Assembly: GCA_039194325.1 (NCBI GenBank)
Contig: JBCCWC010000004.1
Span: 96,001 to 160,000, forward strand
Origin: Myxococcota bacterium
Lineage (GTDB): Bacteria > Myxococcota_A > Polyangia > Nannocystales > Nannocystaceae
DNA: 64,000 nt
Reading direction: 5' to 3'
Positions within the stretch are counted from its first letter, which is position 1; the number at the start of each line of letters is the position of its first letter. A program made the translations under genes and the position numbers. The notes beneath the pieces were generated by a model. It did no database searches. It was not told the DNA's origin and saw only the letters and a program-made list of their open reading frames with translations. Positions 64,000-64,000 of the stretch are shown here, piece after piece.

Positions 64000-64000
64000 C

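Overview
High-GC window whose gene content points to a myxobacterium, probably Nannocystaceae-like (inference from the Ser/Thr kinase-TPR fusion, ECF sigma factor, MYXO-CTERM-like tail, DUF1592/DUF1552/DUF1501 operons and many lipoproteins). About 50 coding regions are supportable. I recognised no rRNA, tRNA, CRISPR array or transposase. Main blocks from left to right: radical SAM plus sulfotransferase-fold cluster (1-4.8 kb); dinB; an orphan surface protein divergent from a DUF1592-DUF1552 operon; a kinase/TPR/ECF/C-type-lectin cluster; TetR-hydrolase followed by a coupled P-loop ATPase and NACHT NTPase; a tight 8-gene lipid operon (degenerate HAD, fatty-acyl reductase, second reductase, pyruvyltransferase-like protein, two acyl ligases, crotonase, ACP); a vWA lipoprotein with an OmpA/TSP3 protein; a low-GC EAD1-2TM gene; a dihaem DUF1592-type plus DUF1501 operon; tdh and kbl; a TerB-like/PPP phosphatase fusion. 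The best candidates for undescribed systems are the ATPase-NACHT pair, the split ether-lipid-like operon and the EAD1-2TM gene. A REP-like hairpin family shows covariation, and one copy is translated as a protein tail. All family calls come from motif recognition by eye, with no database searches. Start codons are my best estimates.
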